A DNA stretch of 64,000 nucleotides from an uncultured Gemmatimonadales bacterium (GCA_963748815.1 CAVVKJ010000010.1:192001-256000); one strand, 5' to 3'. Shown: positions 16,529 to 27,344, counted from the stretch's first letter. Numbers and translations: made by a program. Notes: generated by a model not told the origin, from the sequence alone.

Positions 16529-17701
16529 ATGGCACGCAACAGCAAACCCGCCACCGGCAGCATCGTGGCGCAACTCGACCGTCTCAACACGTTCCGTCCC
16601 GGGAAGCATCGCGTCGTCACCTGCTACCTGAAGATCGAGCCGCGCGACCGCGCCCGCGGGAAGTACCTCATCAAGGTGAAGAACCGGGTCCGCGACCTCG
16701 AAGCCGCGCTGCCCGAGCTTGCCCTCGAGCGCGCGACGGTGGAGGCGGTCCGCGCCGACTTCGCCCGCGTCCTCGACTTCCTCAAGCAGCCCGGCAACCT
16801 CCCGCCGTCCCAGGGGCTCGCCATCTTCGCCTGTGGCCCGGAGAAGCTCTGGGAAGTGGTGGCGCTCCCGTTCGTGCACCGCTCCCGGCTGGCGGTGGAC
16901 CGCACCCCGCTGGTGCGCGAGTTGGCGGCCGCCGACGACGAGTTCGGCCGCATCCTGACCGCGGTGCTCGACCGGACCGCCGCCCGCTTCTTCCAGGTCA
17001 CCGCCTTCGGTGCCACGGAGGTGGCCGACCTCACCGCGGACGCCACGCGCGGTGGCCGCTTCACCGGCCCGCAGGACGGCCGCCCAGGCTGGGGGGAGCA
17101 CAACTACAACAACCGCCTCCGGACCGAACGGCAGCGGCATCTCGAGGCGGCGGCGCTGGAACTCCAGGCCCTCGACAAGAAGGAGCCGGTGCGCGGCATC
17201 GTGCTGGCGGGGAACGGCACCGACGCCGGTGTGCTGCAGCCGTACCTGCATCCCTACCTGCTCGATCGCGTCATGGGTGCCGTGCGGCTCAACGCCAAGA
17301 AGGTGACGCCGGCGGAGGTGCTCGAGGCCACGCTGGCGGTCCGCGCCGACTGGGAGCGCACCTCCGAATTGCTGCTGATGCACGATCTCGAGGAGGGACT
17401 CGGGACCGGGTGGGCGGTGGACGGCGTGCACGAGACGCTCAAGGCGCTCGGCCGCGGGCAGGTGCGCACCCTGCTGGTCGATCCCGATGTCGCCGAGTCG
17501 GGGTTCCGGGGCCTCGCGTCCGGCCGGCTGGCGCTGATGGAGGCCGATCTGCGCGGTGAAAGCGACGTGGTGCCCGTCCTGGACGTGATCGACGACGCCA
17601 TTGAAGAGGCGCTCCGGCAGCGCGTCACCGTCAACGTGGTGTTCGAGCCGGCAGCCAAGCAGGCGATCCACGGCCTGGCGGCGCTGCTGCGGTTCCGGTA
17701 G
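16529..17701 (+). CDS. Bacterial eRF1/aRF1-like (baeRF-type) protein
   Basis: AGGAGGA RBS; GLAIFA...TPLVREL, an RNase H-like core ([11 protein letters not shown]) and an eRF1/Pelota-type C-terminus ([16 protein letters not shown]...GLAALLRF). Confidence 0.75.
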   Translation: MARNSKPATGSIVAQLDRLNTFRPGKHRVVTCYLKIEPRDRARGKYLIKVKNRVRDLEAALPELALERATVEAVRADFARVLDFLKQPGNLPPSQGLAIFACGPEKLWEVVALPFVHRSRLAVDRTPLVRELAAADDEFGRILTAVLDRTAARFFQVTAFGATEVADLTADATRGGRFTGPQDGRPGWGEHNYNNRLRTERQRHLEAAALELQALDKKEPVRGIVLAGNGTDAGVLQPYLHPYLLDRVMGAVRLNAKKVTPAEVLEATLAVRADWERTSELLLMHDLEEGLGTGWAVDGVHETLKALGRGQVRTLLVDPDVAESGFRGLASGRLALMEADLRGESDVVPVLDVIDDAIEEALRQRVTVNVVFEPAAKQAIHGLAALLRFR

Positions 17702-17733
17702 CCTCGCATCCTCTCAGACAGGAGCTCGCGCGC

Positions 17734-18159
17734 ATGACACGCACCAAGTCGCTGTCCCGGCCCATCCGGGTCCTCGTGGCCAAGCCCGGCCTCGATGGGC
17801 ACGACCGCGGCGCCAAGGTGGTCGCCGCGGCGCTGCGGGATGCCGGGATGGAGGTCATCTACACCGGGCTGCATCAGACTCCGGAGATGATCGCCGCCGC
17901 GGCGGTGCAGGAGGACGTCGATGTGGTGGGGCTGTCGATCCTTTCCGGCGCCCACATGACGCTCTTTCCCCGCGTCCGTCAGATGCTGGACGCCCAGGGC
18001 CGGAAGGATGTCCTCCTCACCGGCGGCGGCATCCTGCCCACGGAAGACGTCGCGGCGCTGGAAAAGCAGGGAACCGGCCGCCTCTTCGGGCCGGGCACGC
18101 CGACCTCCGATCTGGTGGAGTACATCCAGGCGTGGGCCGCCGAACACCTGAAGGACTGA
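17734..18159 (+). CDS. B12-binding (small) subunit of acyl-CoA mutase
   Basis: [13 protein letters not shown] (DxHxxG), [13 protein letters not shown]. Confidence 0.95.
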   Translation: MTRTKSLSRPIRVLVAKPGLDGHDRGAKVVAAALRDAGMEVIYTGLHQTPEMIAAAAVQEDVDVVGLSILSGAHMTLFPRVRQMLDAQGRKDVLLTGGGILPTEDVAALEKQGTGRLFGPGTPTSDLVEYIQAWAAEHLKD

Positions 18160-18160
18160 C

Positions 18161-19813
18161 GTGACGCCCTCCCGCAAGGATCCCCCCGCCGGCCGGCTCC
18201 GCACCCTGACCGGCGAATACCTCGAGCTGGCCCGCCGGCTGGAGCAGGGCGGCGGCGCCAAGCGCGTCGCCAAGATGCACGGCAAGGGCCAGCTCTCTCC
18301 CCGCGAACGCGTCGAGCAGCTCCGCGATCCCGGTACGCCCTGGGTGGAGATCGGGCTGCTGATCGCCTACGACCAGTATGACGGCCAGGCGCCGGGTGCC
18401 GGGGTCATCACCGGCGTCGGCGTCGTCGAGGGGCGGGAGGTCGTGATCGTGTCGAACGACGCCACCGTCAAGGCGGGGTCGTGGTGGCCGGAGACGATCA
18501 AGAAGATCCTGCGGGCGCAGGAGGTCGCCATGCGCCAGCGGATCCCGATCATCTATCTGGTGGACAGCGCCGGCGTGAACCTCCCCTACCAGGGCGGGGT
18601 GTTTCCGGGGCAGTACGGGGCGGCGCGGATCTTCTACTACAACTCGATCATGCGTCGCTACCTGCACGTGCCGCAGGTCAGCGCCGTGATGGGGAGCTGT
18701 GTGGCGGGCGGGGCGTACCTGCCGGCGCTGTCCGACGTGATCTTCATGGTGGACGGCACCAGCTTCATGGGGCTCGGCGGCCCGAACCTCGTGAAGGGCG
18801 CCACCGGTCAGACCGTGGATGGCGAGTCCCTGGGCGGGGCGCGCACCCACACCGAGGTCAGCGCCGTGGCGCACTATCGCGCCGCCACCGACGCCGAGTG
18901 CCTGCAGCGCATTCGCGAGTACGTGGGCCGGCTCCCGCGGCTCGACGGCGTGCGGCACAGCCGTGCGCCGCGTCACGCGCGACGCCGAAACGCGATCCCG
19001 GCGGAGCTGTACGACGTCCTCCCGCAGGATCACCGGATGTCGTACGACATGCAGCACCTCCTCGACTGCCTGCTCGACGACGGCGCGCTGGACGAGTTCC
19101 AGCCCGATGTGGCCAAGGAGATGATCTGCGGGCACGCCCACCTCGAGGGGTGGCCGGTGGCGGTCATCGTCAACCGGCGCGGCCTCGTGAAGGGGGCGCC
19201 GGGGACGCGGCCGAAGTTCGGCGGCATCGTCTATACCGAGAGCGCCGAAAAGGTCGCCTACTTCATCGAGACGGCCAGCCGGGAGCGGATCCCGCTCCTC
19301 TTCGTCCAGGACGTCAGCGGGTTCATGGTCGGCCCGGAGGCCGAACACTCCGGCATCATCCGCGCGGGGGCGCGCTTCGTCGAGGCCATGGCCACCGCCG
19401 TCGTCCCGAAGCTCGTGCTGACGGTGAACCACGCCTCTGGTGCCGGGTACTACGCCATGGCGGGGCAGGGGTTCGACCCCGACTTCATCCTCTCCTGGCC
19501 CACCGGCCGCATGGCCGTGATGGAAGGGGAGTCGGCCGTCACGGCGGTGCACGGCCCCGACATCGAGAAGGCCCGGCAGGCCGGGGGTGAGCCTTCCCCC
19601 GCGGTGCAGGCCTCGATGGATTCGATGCGCGAGGACTACGAACACCAGCTCGACGCCAAGTTCGCCGCCGCCCGCGGCTACGTCGACGCGATCATCACCC
19701 CGGAGGAGACCCGCGACCAGCTCGCCTTCCTCCTCCGGACGGTCTCGAACTATGGCGGGCCACACCTCGGTCCGTTCGTCCTTCCCCCGCTTGATTCGGT
19801 CGCCCAGCGCTAA
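18161..19813 (+). CDS. Acyl-CoA carboxylase carboxyltransferase subunit (MCC/geranyl-CoA carboxylase beta-like)
   Basis: SNDATVKAG, YLVDSAG, GSCVAGGAYLPA, QDVSGFMVG, GAGYYAM. Confidence 0.9.
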   Translation: MTPSRKDPPAGRLRTLTGEYLELARRLEQGGGAKRVAKMHGKGQLSPRERVEQLRDPGTPWVEIGLLIAYDQYDGQAPGAGVITGVGVVEGREVVIVSNDATVKAGSWWPETIKKILRAQEVAMRQRIPIIYLVDSAGVNLPYQGGVFPGQYGAARIFYYNSIMRRYLHVPQVSAVMGSCVAGGAYLPALSDVIFMVDGTSFMGLGGPNLVKGATGQTVDGESLGGARTHTEVSAVAHYRAATDAECLQRIREYVGRLPRLDGVRHSRAPRHARRRNAIPAELYDVLPQDHRMSYDMQHLLDCLLDDGALDEFQPDVAKEMICGHAHLEGWPVAVIVNRRGLVKGAPGTRPKFGGIVYTESAEKVAYFIETASRERIPLLFVQDVSGFMVGPEAEHSGIIRAGARFVEAMATAVVPKLVLTVNHASGAGYYAMAGQGFDPDFILSWPTGRMAVMEGESAVTAVHGPDIEKARQAGGEPSPAVQASMDSMREDYEHQLDAKFAAARGYVDAIITPEETRDQLAFLLRTVSNYGGPHLGPFVLPPLDSVAQR

Positions 19814-22644
19814 TGCATACTCGCCCAGCCCTGCTCCTCGCCGGCCTCGTCCTCGGCTGCGCGCCGACTGTCCAGCAGCCCGCGCCGAACGTCGACCCCG
19901 GCCGCATGGATCCGCCCGCCGCCACGGTGCCGGCCACGCCGCCGCCGACCATCCCGCTGGCGCCCGCGGATGCCGCCTACGCCAAGGGGTGGATGCCGCT
20001 CGCGGCCACCGGCGTCCCCGATTTCCTGGCGCTCCATCCGGAGTGGGACGGACGCGGGGTGTTGATCGGCATTCTCGACAGCGGAATCGACGCCGGCGTG
20101 CCGGGGCTGCAGCGGACGCCGAACGGGAGCGCCAAGCTTCTCGACCTCAGGGACTTCTCCGGCGAGGGCGCCGTGGCGCTTGCCGTCCTCACGCCCGTGG
20201 GAGACTCGGTTCGCATCGGAGACCTGGACCTCGGCGGGATGAGCCGGGTGCGGACCGTGAGCGCCGCCGGCCCCTGGTATGGTGGCACGCTGCATGAGCG
20301 TCCGCTCGGCGACCTCCCCGCGTCGGACGTCAACGGCGACGGCGACAACGCCGACCGCCTGGCGGTGCTGGTGACGCGGGCCAGCGACGGCTGGATCGTG
20401 ATGGTGGATGCCGACGGCGACGGCTCGTTCACCGGCGAGCGCGCGGTGCGCGATTACCTCCACGGGCGCGACACCTTCGGCTGGGCGCAGCCCGGCCAGC
20501 CGTCGCCGTTGACGGTGGTGGCGAACATCACGGATCGCGGCGGGGTGCCGAGCCTCGACCTCTTCTTCGACACCAGCGGCCACGGGACCCACGTGGCGGG
20601 CATTGCGGCCGGCAACGACATGTACGGCGTCGGGGGCTTCGACGGCGTGGCGCCCGGCGCCCAGTTGCTCGGGCTCAAGATCGCGAATAACGCGCACGGC
20701 GGGGTCACCGTGACCGGCAGCATGCTGGCCGCGATGGACTACGCGATTCGTTTCGCCAGGGCGCGGAACATCCCCCTGGTGCTGAACATGAGCTTCGGCG
20801 TGGGGAACGAAGTCGAGGGCACCGCGCGGATGGACCAGATCGTGGACTCGGTGCTCTCGGCCAACCCCGACCTGGCCATGGCCATCAGCGCCGGCAATGA
20901 CGGCCCCGGCCTCTCGACCGTGGGGTTCCCCGGATCGGCGGAACGCGCGCTCACCGTCGGCGCCACCTTCCCGCTCCCCTTCCTGGCGGGCGCGCCGGAA
21001 GATGGGCGTCCCGACCCGGTGGCCTATTTCTCCTCGCGCGGCGGCGAGCTGGCCAAGCCGGATCTCGTGACCCCCGGCGTGGCCTTCTCGACGGTGCCGC
21101 GGTGGAACACCGGCGACGAACGGAAGGGGGGCACCAGCATGGCCTCGCCCTACGCCGCCGGGCTGCTGGCCCTTCTCCGGTCGGCGGCCGCCGCCGAAAA
21201 GCTCCCCGTCAACGCACGGCAATTGAAGCAGGCGCTCATGGTGACGGCCCGCCCGCTCGCCGATGCGACCTATCTCGACCAGGGCACGGGCGTGCCCGAC
21301 ATCGGCGCCGGTTGGACTTGGCTGCAGGGTGGGCATGCCGTGCCGGATGTCTCAGTGCACCAATTGAACAGAGGCGGAAGTACCGCAGCGTTTGGCGTGG
21401 AGCGCGATGCGCAACGCCAGTTCTTCGTAAGCATCGGCAAAGAACGCCTCACCATGCCCATCACGCTGCGAAGTGATAGCCCGTGGCTGGTGGCGCCCTC
21501 GAGGATTGACAGCACGCACATCGTCGTCTCCGGGCCGTTAGGGGCCGGGTATCTCGTAGGACTCCGCTACCGAGCGACGGACTTGTCTGCCCCCGGAATA
21601 CACGTCGGCGTTGTCACGGGTTGGGGCCCGGATACCCTGGCCGGCCCGATCTTTCGCCTGGTCAATACGGTGCTCGTGCCAGTGCCCGCCGACACGGCGC
21701 TGGGACCGATCACGCTCGCGGCCGGCGCGACCGACCGGGTGTTCTTCGCGGTGGACTCGGGCCGGCCGTTCTCCGCGCGCCTGACCGCGGAGACCGAAGG
21801 GCCGACCCTCCTCGCCGCGCTCCACGCGCCGCACGGTCGGCCCGGCCCCGATGAGAACATTCTCGGCGCCGGCCCCGGTGCCCCCGCTGACTTTTCCATC
21901 GACGCCGCCGACGCCACACAGGGACTCTGGGAGGTCGACGCCCTCGGGTCGCCGGTGGCCGAGGGGACGGCGGGCATCGCGCTCCAGACGTCGCCGGCGC
22001 GCCTCGGGCTCTCCCGCAACCCGAAGGGCGTCGATCTCTCCCTGGAAAATCTCTCGAACCGGGCGGCCGACCTCCAGGTGGGCGCCGCCCTCATCGGCGC
22101 CGAGCGTGGGGCGGTGGTGCCCGGGTTGGGGAGCCGTGAGGAGTTCCTCGCCTTTGTCGTGCCCGCCTGGGCTCGCGAGCTCGTCATCGACGCGAGCATG
22201 CCGGCGGAGGCCTGGTCCCGCTTTACCGACTTTGCCTTCACCCTCTACGACGCTGCGGGGAACATCGTCGCCGAGGAGCCGTTGAACTACGCCGATGTCC
22301 GCCTGCGAGTCGAGCTGCCGGAGTCGCTCGCGGGAGAGACGCTGACGCTGCGCCTGACCCCGGCGTTTGCCGACAGCACCGACACCGGAGTCTGGACCCT
22401 CACGGCGCGGATCCGATTCCTCGCCGAGGAGGCCTTCCCGCTGGACGTCGCAAGCGACGAGGAGCACCGCACGGTGCACCTGGAGCCGCGCGCGAAGGTC
22501 TCCGTGCGGTTCCTGATGGCCGATGCTCCCTGGACGCTCCCCGACGGGTTCTTCCCGCTCGGGCAGGGCGTCGTGATGGAGGGCGCAACCCGCTGGACAC
22601 GGACGGCGGGACTTCCCGCTCCGATTGGACCGGTGATGCGATGA
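19813..22644 (+). CDS. S8 serine peptidase, tripeptidyl-peptidase II/pyrolysin-like, predicted lipoprotein
   Basis: Lipobox LVLGC; triad ILDSGID / HGTHVAG / GTSMASP; oxyanion SAGNDG; long insert between Asp and His. Confidence 0.88.
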   Translation: MHTRPALLLAGLVLGCAPTVQQPAPNVDPGRMDPPAATVPATPPPTIPLAPADAAYAKGWMPLAATGVPDFLALHPEWDGRGVLIGILDSGIDAGVPGLQRTPNGSAKLLDLRDFSGEGAVALAVLTPVGDSVRIGDLDLGGMSRVRTVSAAGPWYGGTLHERPLGDLPASDVNGDGDNADRLAVLVTRASDGWIVMVDADGDGSFTGERAVRDYLHGRDTFGWAQPGQPSPLTVVANITDRGGVPSLDLFFDTSGHGTHVAGIAAGNDMYGVGGFDGVAPGAQLLGLKIANNAHGGVTVTGSMLAAMDYAIRFARARNIPLVLNMSFGVGNEVEGTARMDQIVDSVLSANPDLAMAISAGNDGPGLSTVGFPGSAERALTVGATFPLPFLAGAPEDGRPDPVAYFSSRGGELAKPDLVTPGVAFSTVPRWNTGDERKGGTSMASPYAAGLLALLRSAAAAEKLPVNARQLKQALMVTARPLADATYLDQGTGVPDIGAGWTWLQGGHAVPDVSVHQLNRGGSTAAFGVERDAQRQFFVSIGKERLTMPITLRSDSPWLVAPSRIDSTHIVVSGPLGAGYLVGLRYRATDLSAPGIHVGVVTGWGPDTLAGPIFRLVNTVLVPVPADTALGPITLAAGATDRVFFAVDSGRPFSARLTAETEGPTLLAALHAPHGRPGPDENILGAGPGAPADFSIDAADATQGLWEVDALGSPVAEGTAGIALQTSPARLGLSRNPKGVDLSLENLSNRAADLQVGAALIGAERGAVVPGLGSREEFLAFVVPAWARELVIDASMPAEAWSRFTDFAFTLYDAAGNIVAEEPLNYADVRLRVELPESLAGETLTLRLTPAFADSTDTGVWTLTARIRFLAEEAFPLDVASDEEHRTVHLEPRAKVSVRFLMADAPWTLPDGFFPLGQGVVMEGATRWTRTAGLPAPIGPVMR

Positions 22645-24017
22645 GTGGCAAGACGGTACGGATCGCGGGGGGGCAGGGGTTCTGGGGCGACTGGCTCGAG
22701 GCGCCGGTGCGCCAGGTACGGGACGGCCCGATCGACTACCTGATGATGGACTACCTCGCCGAGGTCACGATGTCCATCATGCAGAAGCAGCGGTCGCGGA
22801 ACCCGCGCGCCGGATATGCGCGCGACTTCGTGCCGCTCATGGAGCGCATCCTCCCCGACATCGTCGAGAAAGGCATCCGGGTCACCTCCAACGCCGGCGG
22901 CGTCAATCCGCGCGGCTGCGCGGAGGCGGTGCTCGAGACGGCGCGTAAGCTGGGACTCGGGGGGAAACTCAAGGTCGGGCTCGTCACCGGCGACGACCTC
23001 CTGCCCGACCTGGACGACCTCATCGCGAAGGGTCACGAGCTCCGTGACATGGAGACCGGCCGTCCACTCTCCGACATCCGCGACAAGGTCCTCTCCGCCA
23101 ACGCCTACCTCGGCATGCAGCCAATGGTCGAGGCGCTGGGCCGAGGCGCACAAGTCGTGATCACCGGCCGGGTCACCGACACCGGGCTCACCCTGGCGCC
23201 GATGTTCCACGAGTTCGGATGGGACTTCGAGGACTGGGACAAGGTCGCCGCCGGCACGGTGGCGGGTCACATCATCGAGTGCGGGGCCCAGAGCTCCGGG
23301 GGGAACCTCCTCAAGGACTGGCGCAAGGTGAAGGGGCTCGCGAACCCGGGCTTCCCGATCGTCGAGGCGTCGGCCGACGGCTCGTTCGTCATCACCAAGC
23401 ATCCCGGCACCGGCGGCGTCGTTTCCATTCCCTCGGTCACCGAACAGCTGGTCTACGAGATGGGCGATCCGCACGAGTACATCACGCCGGACGGGGTGGC
23501 GGACTTCACCTCGATCCAGTTGAAGAAGGCGGGGAAGGACCGGGTGCATGTCAGCGGAATCCGGGGCGGGCCCCGCACCGCCATGCTGAAGGTGTCCATC
23601 GCCTACTTCTACGGCTACAAGGCGGTGGGCACGCTGGTCTACGGCTGGCCCGATGCCCACGACAAGGCCCGCGCCGCCGATGCCATCCTCCGGCAGCGGC
23701 TCAAGGACCTCGGCCTCGAGTTCGAACAGATCCTGACCGAGTACGTCGGGGTGGACGCCACCCACGGCAAACTCGCCGGACCGGCCAGTCCCGACCTCCC
23801 CGAGGTCCAGCTCCGGGTGGGCGTCCGGTCGACCGACAAGGCGGCCGTCGAGCGATTCACCCGTGAGATTGCCCCGCTCGTCCTGACCGGGCCGCCCAGC
23901 GTCACCGGCTTCGCGGGCGGACGCCCCCAGGTCGAGGAAATCGTGGCCTACTGGCCCGCCCTCATCGACCGGACCGCCGTCGAACCCGGCGTGCGCGTCG
24001 AAATCCTGGAGGCATGA
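22641..24017 (+). CDS. Acyclic terpene utilization AtuA family protein
   Basis: [53 protein letters not shown]...TPD. Confidence 0.9.
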   Translation: MSGKTVRIAGGQGFWGDWLEAPVRQVRDGPIDYLMMDYLAEVTMSIMQKQRSRNPRAGYARDFVPLMERILPDIVEKGIRVTSNAGGVNPRGCAEAVLETARKLGLGGKLKVGLVTGDDLLPDLDDLIAKGHELRDMETGRPLSDIRDKVLSANAYLGMQPMVEALGRGAQVVITGRVTDTGLTLAPMFHEFGWDFEDWDKVAAGTVAGHIIECGAQSSGGNLLKDWRKVKGLANPGFPIVEASADGSFVITKHPGTGGVVSIPSVTEQLVYEMGDPHEYITPDGVADFTSIQLKKAGKDRVHVSGIRGGPRTAMLKVSIAYFYGYKAVGTLVYGWPDAHDKARAADAILRQRLKDLGLEFEQILTEYVGVDATHGKLAGPASPDLPEVQLRVGVRSTDKAAVERFTREIAPLVLTGPPSVTGFAGGRPQVEEIVAYWPALIDRTAVEPGVRVEILEA

Positions 24018-24382
24018 TGCCCACCCAGAAGACGGTCCCGATGCAGCTCAGGTACCTCGCCCACGCGCGCTCGGGCGACAAGGGGAACACTGCGAATGTC
24101 GGCTTGATAGCACTTGAACCAGAATGGTATGATGTTCTGGTAAAACAAGTTACGATGGCACGTGTGAGAAAGCACTTTAAGGGAATGGTCAGCGATGTGG
24201 AAAGATTCGAGCTGCCGAATCTCCACGCCCTGAACTTCCTCCTGCACGATGCGCTCGACGGGGGTGGCACGATTTCGCTCAAGACCGATGCGCAGGGCAA
24301 GGTCTATTCGACGGCACTGCTGCGGATGGAAATCCCGGTGCCGGCTGCCGTGGCACGACAGGCGAAGAAGAGGGCCAGGTGA
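24014..24382 (+). CDS. AtuA-associated small protein (AtuA C-terminal-like domain)
   Basis: [34 protein letters not shown]. Confidence 0.85.
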   Translation: MMPTQKTVPMQLRYLAHARSGDKGNTANVGLIALEPEWYDVLVKQVTMARVRKHFKGMVSDVERFELPNLHALNFLLHDALDGGGTISLKTDAQGKVYSTALLRMEIPVPAAVARQAKKRAR

Positions 24383-25138
24383 GCGAATCCCTGCTGGTGG
24401 CGCTCGACGCAGGGGTCCTGAGCCTCACGCTCAATCGGCCCGAGAAGCGGAATGCGCTGGACACCCCGACGCTCGATGCCCTCCATACCCAGATCGAGCG
24501 CGCCGATCTCGATGCCCAGGTCCGGGTGGTCGCCATCCGAGGGGCGGGGAAGGACTTCTGTGCCGGGGCCGATCTCGCCGAGCTGCTCGCCAGCGCGGGG
24601 CAGACCGCCGAGGAGAATGAGCGGACCGCCCTCCACCTCGGCGGGCTCTTCGTGAAAATCCGCGAACTGCCCAAGCCGGTGGTCGCCGTGGTGCACGGCC
24701 GCGCCCTGGCCGGCGGCGCGGGGCTGGCCACCGCCTGCGATCTCGTCCTCTCCACCGCCAGCGCGAAGTTCGGCTACCCCGAGATCCAGCGCGGCTTCGT
24801 CCCCGCCATGGTGATGACGCTCCTCCGCCGCCTCACTGGCGAGAAGCTCGCCTTCGACCTGGCCGCGACCGGTCGGATCCTTTCGGCGGCGGAGGCGTGC
24901 GCCGCCGGCCTCGTCTCCCGCGTCATCGCCGATGCCCAGTTCGAGGCGGAGACGGCCGGCATCCTGGCCGGGCTCTCCTCCGCCAGCGGTTCGGCGCTCG
25001 CGCTCACCAAGCGCCAGTTCTACCAGCTCGACGGGATGAGCTTCGGGGAGGGCATCGCCCTCGGGCGCGCAGGTCAACGCCCTCGCCCGCAGTACGCCGG
25101 ACTTCAAGCAGGCCATCGCGGCGTTCCTCGACAAATGA
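24379..25138 (+). CDS. Enoyl-CoA hydratase/isomerase (methylglutaconyl-CoA hydratase-like); frameshift near 25070
   Basis: LNRPEKRNAL, FCAGADL, GGAGLATACD, FGYPEI; C-terminus VNALARSTPDFKQAIAAFLDK* lies in a shifted frame. Confidence 0.85.
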
Positions 25139-25326
25139 ATCCGCTCAGGATCTTCACCGCCCTGATGGGGTTCCTGGTGGCTGTCCTCGCCATCGCGCGG
25201 GACGAGACCACCCTGGGCTGGGTCGCGATCGGCTTCCTCGGCTCCTCCGTCGGCGTCCGCCTCGTGCAGCGTTTCCTTGCCAGGCGGGACCAGGACGACA
25301 CCGACTCGACCGATCCCCGCCCCTGA
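25135..25326 (+). CDS. Small two-TM membrane protein
   Basis: ATGA overlap; MNPLRIFTALMGFLVAVLAIA...GWVAIGFLG. Confidence 0.6.
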   Translation: MNPLRIFTALMGFLVAVLAIARDETTLGWVAIGFLGSSVGVRLVQRFLARRDQDDTDSTDPRP

Positions 25327-25397
25327 TCCGCGCTTTCCTGCCCCGTCGCGCGGGGTTCGGGTGACGCTCCTGGCGCCCTGATTTCCCATCGTGCAGG

Positions 25398-26762
25398 GTG
25401 ACGAACCTTCTCCCCGCGCGCCTCGCCCTGGCTCGTTCGGCACTCCTCAAACACTTTGGCTTCCCCGACTTCCGTCCCGCCCAGCGGCGGGTCATCCAAT
25501 CGGTGCTCGCCGGCCGAGACACCCTTGCCGTCCTCCCGACGGGCGGGGGCAAGTCGGTCTGCTTCCAGGTTCCGGCGCTGGTGCTCGACGGGTTGACGGT
25601 CGTCGTCTCGCCGCTGCTTTCGCTGATGCAGGACCAGGTGGAGGCGGCGCGAAGGCGCGGCCTGGCTGCCGCGGCGCTCAACAGTGCCCAGGACGCCGAG
25701 GCGCAGCGCGCCGTGCTCGACGCGGTCCGGGCCGGCTCGCTGAAGCTGCTCTACGTATCTCCAGAGCGCCTCGAGCGGCTGGCGGGGAGGCTATCCGAAT
25801 TGGATGTGCGGGTCGGACTCCTCGCCGTGGATGAGGCGCACTGCATCAGCGAATGGGGGCACGACTTTCGGCCCAGCTACCGCCTCCTGCTCGCCGCCCG
25901 GATCCGCCTCGGCCGCCCCCCCGTGGTGGCTCTCACCGGCAGCGCCACGCCGGAGGTGCGGCAGGACATTGCCACCTCGCTCCGGCTCGGCGGGGCCGGG
26001 CGCTGGGACCTGCACCTCGATTCCTTCGACCGCACGAACCTCTGGTTCGCGGTCCAGCGGGTGAAGACGGATCGTGACCGGTTCCGCATCCTCCTGTCGC
26101 AACTGGCGCCGAGAGGGGGGACGGCCATCGTCTACGCTCCGACGCGACGCCTCACCGAGGGGCTGGCGCGGTCGATCCACTATGCCGGGTATCGCTGCGC
26201 CGCCTACCATGCGGGGCTGGATCGTGGGCGCCGGGAGCGGGAGCTGCATCGATTCCTGTCGGGCGAACTCGACGTGGTGACCGCCACCAGCGCGTTCGGC
26301 ATGGGCATCGACAAGCCGGACGTGCGGGTGGTCGTGCACTGGATGACGCCTCCCACGCCGGAGTCCTACTACCAGGAGGCGGGAAGGGCGGGGCGGGACG
26401 GGGCGCCGTCCCGCTGCGTGCTGCTCTTTGCGAAGGGAGACGCCAAACTGCACCGGCGGCAACTCGACGTCACCTTTCCGGCGGAGCGGGTCGTCGAAGA
26501 GGCGTGGAGGGATCCGTCGCGTCTCGCACGACTGCCATCAAATGTCAGGGCGTCGGTCGAGCGGCTGCGCAGGGAACTGGACCCGGGGGCTGGACCGGTC
26601 GACTGGGGCCGCGTGCGGATCAGGCGGAGGCGGGCGGAGGCGCGCATCGCGGCGATGGAACGGTATGCGACGACGTCACGCTGCCGTCGCGCCGAATTGC
26701 TGCACTACTTCGGCGAGCGGCTCGGTCAATGCGCCGGTTGTGACCGGCACCCGCGATCCTGA
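25398..26762 (+). CDS. recQ: RecQ family ATP-dependent DNA helicase (short form)
   Basis: PTGGGKS, VDEAHCISEWGHDFRPSY, AFGMGIDKPDVR, QEAGRAGRDG, C-terminal CRR...CAGCD zinc site. Confidence 0.92.
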   Translation: MTNLLPARLALARSALLKHFGFPDFRPAQRRVIQSVLAGRDTLAVLPTGGGKSVCFQVPALVLDGLTVVVSPLLSLMQDQVEAARRRGLAAAALNSAQDAEAQRAVLDAVRAGSLKLLYVSPERLERLAGRLSELDVRVGLLAVDEAHCISEWGHDFRPSYRLLLAARIRLGRPPVVALTGSATPEVRQDIATSLRLGGAGRWDLHLDSFDRTNLWFAVQRVKTDRDRFRILLSQLAPRGGTAIVYAPTRRLTEGLARSIHYAGYRCAAYHAGLDRGRRERELHRFLSGELDVVTATSAFGMGIDKPDVRVVVHWMTPPTPESYYQEAGRAGRDGAPSRCVLLFAKGDAKLHRRQLDVTFPAERVVEEAWRDPSRLARLPSNVRASVERLRRELDPGAGPVDWGRVRIRRRRAEARIAAMERYATTSRCRRAELLHYFGERLGQCAGCDRHPRS

Positions 26763-26763
26763 T

Positions 26764-26790
26764 CGTCACCCCGGCGAAAGCCGGGGTCCA
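26764..26790. repeat. REP-like palindrome (CGTC-tagged)
   Basis: CGTCACCCCGGCGAAAGCCGGGGTCCA immediately after the recQ stop. Confidence 0.85.
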
Positions 26791-26826
26791 TCGTCCTTCG
26801 AGCCAGGTGGGTCCCAGTTGCCCCGC

Positions 26827-27303
26827 CTACTTCAGCGTCAGGGCCACCGAATCCACGCCGCTCGCCAGGAAGACCCCTCGTGCGTCGGTGCCGCCGAGTC
26901 GGACCTGCAGGGTCGTCGCGTCGTCCGGCGTCCGCATCCGGAGCGACGGCGCGCCGCTGCTCTGCAGGTTGAGGGTGACGACCGGTTGGGCGACGGTGTC
27001 AAACAGGAATACCGACGGCCGGCCCATCATGTCCAGCAGGAATCCCGCGCGCCAGCGCCCGGCTTCGTCCTGCAGGTTCAAGCCGATACCGCTCTGGTCG
27101 TAGGCCAGGCTGCCCCGTGCCTTGCCGGATTCGTCGGTCACCACGAACCCCCGCGCCTCGATGACGCCGTTCCGTGGCCACACCCGTCCCCACATCAGGC
27201 TGAGCAGCGACAGCGCCAGCGTGAGGATGACGGTCCACCGCAGGCTGCGGTTGTGTTTTTCCAGCACGCGCACTCGTTGTTCAATCACCTCAAGTTCCGA
27301 CAC
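26827..27303 (-). CDS. Hypothetical membrane-anchored protein with repeated beta-strand units
   Basis: N-terminal coiled coil, one TM, then ~22-aa pseudo-repeats (GLNLQDEAGRWRA / SVFLFDTVAQPVV); AAAGGGGG RBS. Confidence 0.7.
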   Translation of the reverse strand: MSELEVIEQRVRVLEKHNRSLRWTVILTLALSLLSLMWGRVWPRNGVIEARGFVVTDESGKARGSLAYDQSGIGLNLQDEAGRWRAGFLLDMMGRPSVFLFDTVAQPVVTLNLQSSGAPSLRMRTPDDATTLQVRLGGTDARGVFLASGVDSVALTLK

Positions 27304-27344
27304 GTTGCCCCCTTTGGATCTGATGTCATGCCTGCCGTTGGCGG

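Noticed and set aside
24379..25326. Apparent fusion of the enoyl-CoA hydratase to a TM tail (315-aa ORF)
   Set aside because: Caused by a frameshift near 25070; the true hydratase C-terminus ends at 25138 and a separate ATG starts at 25135
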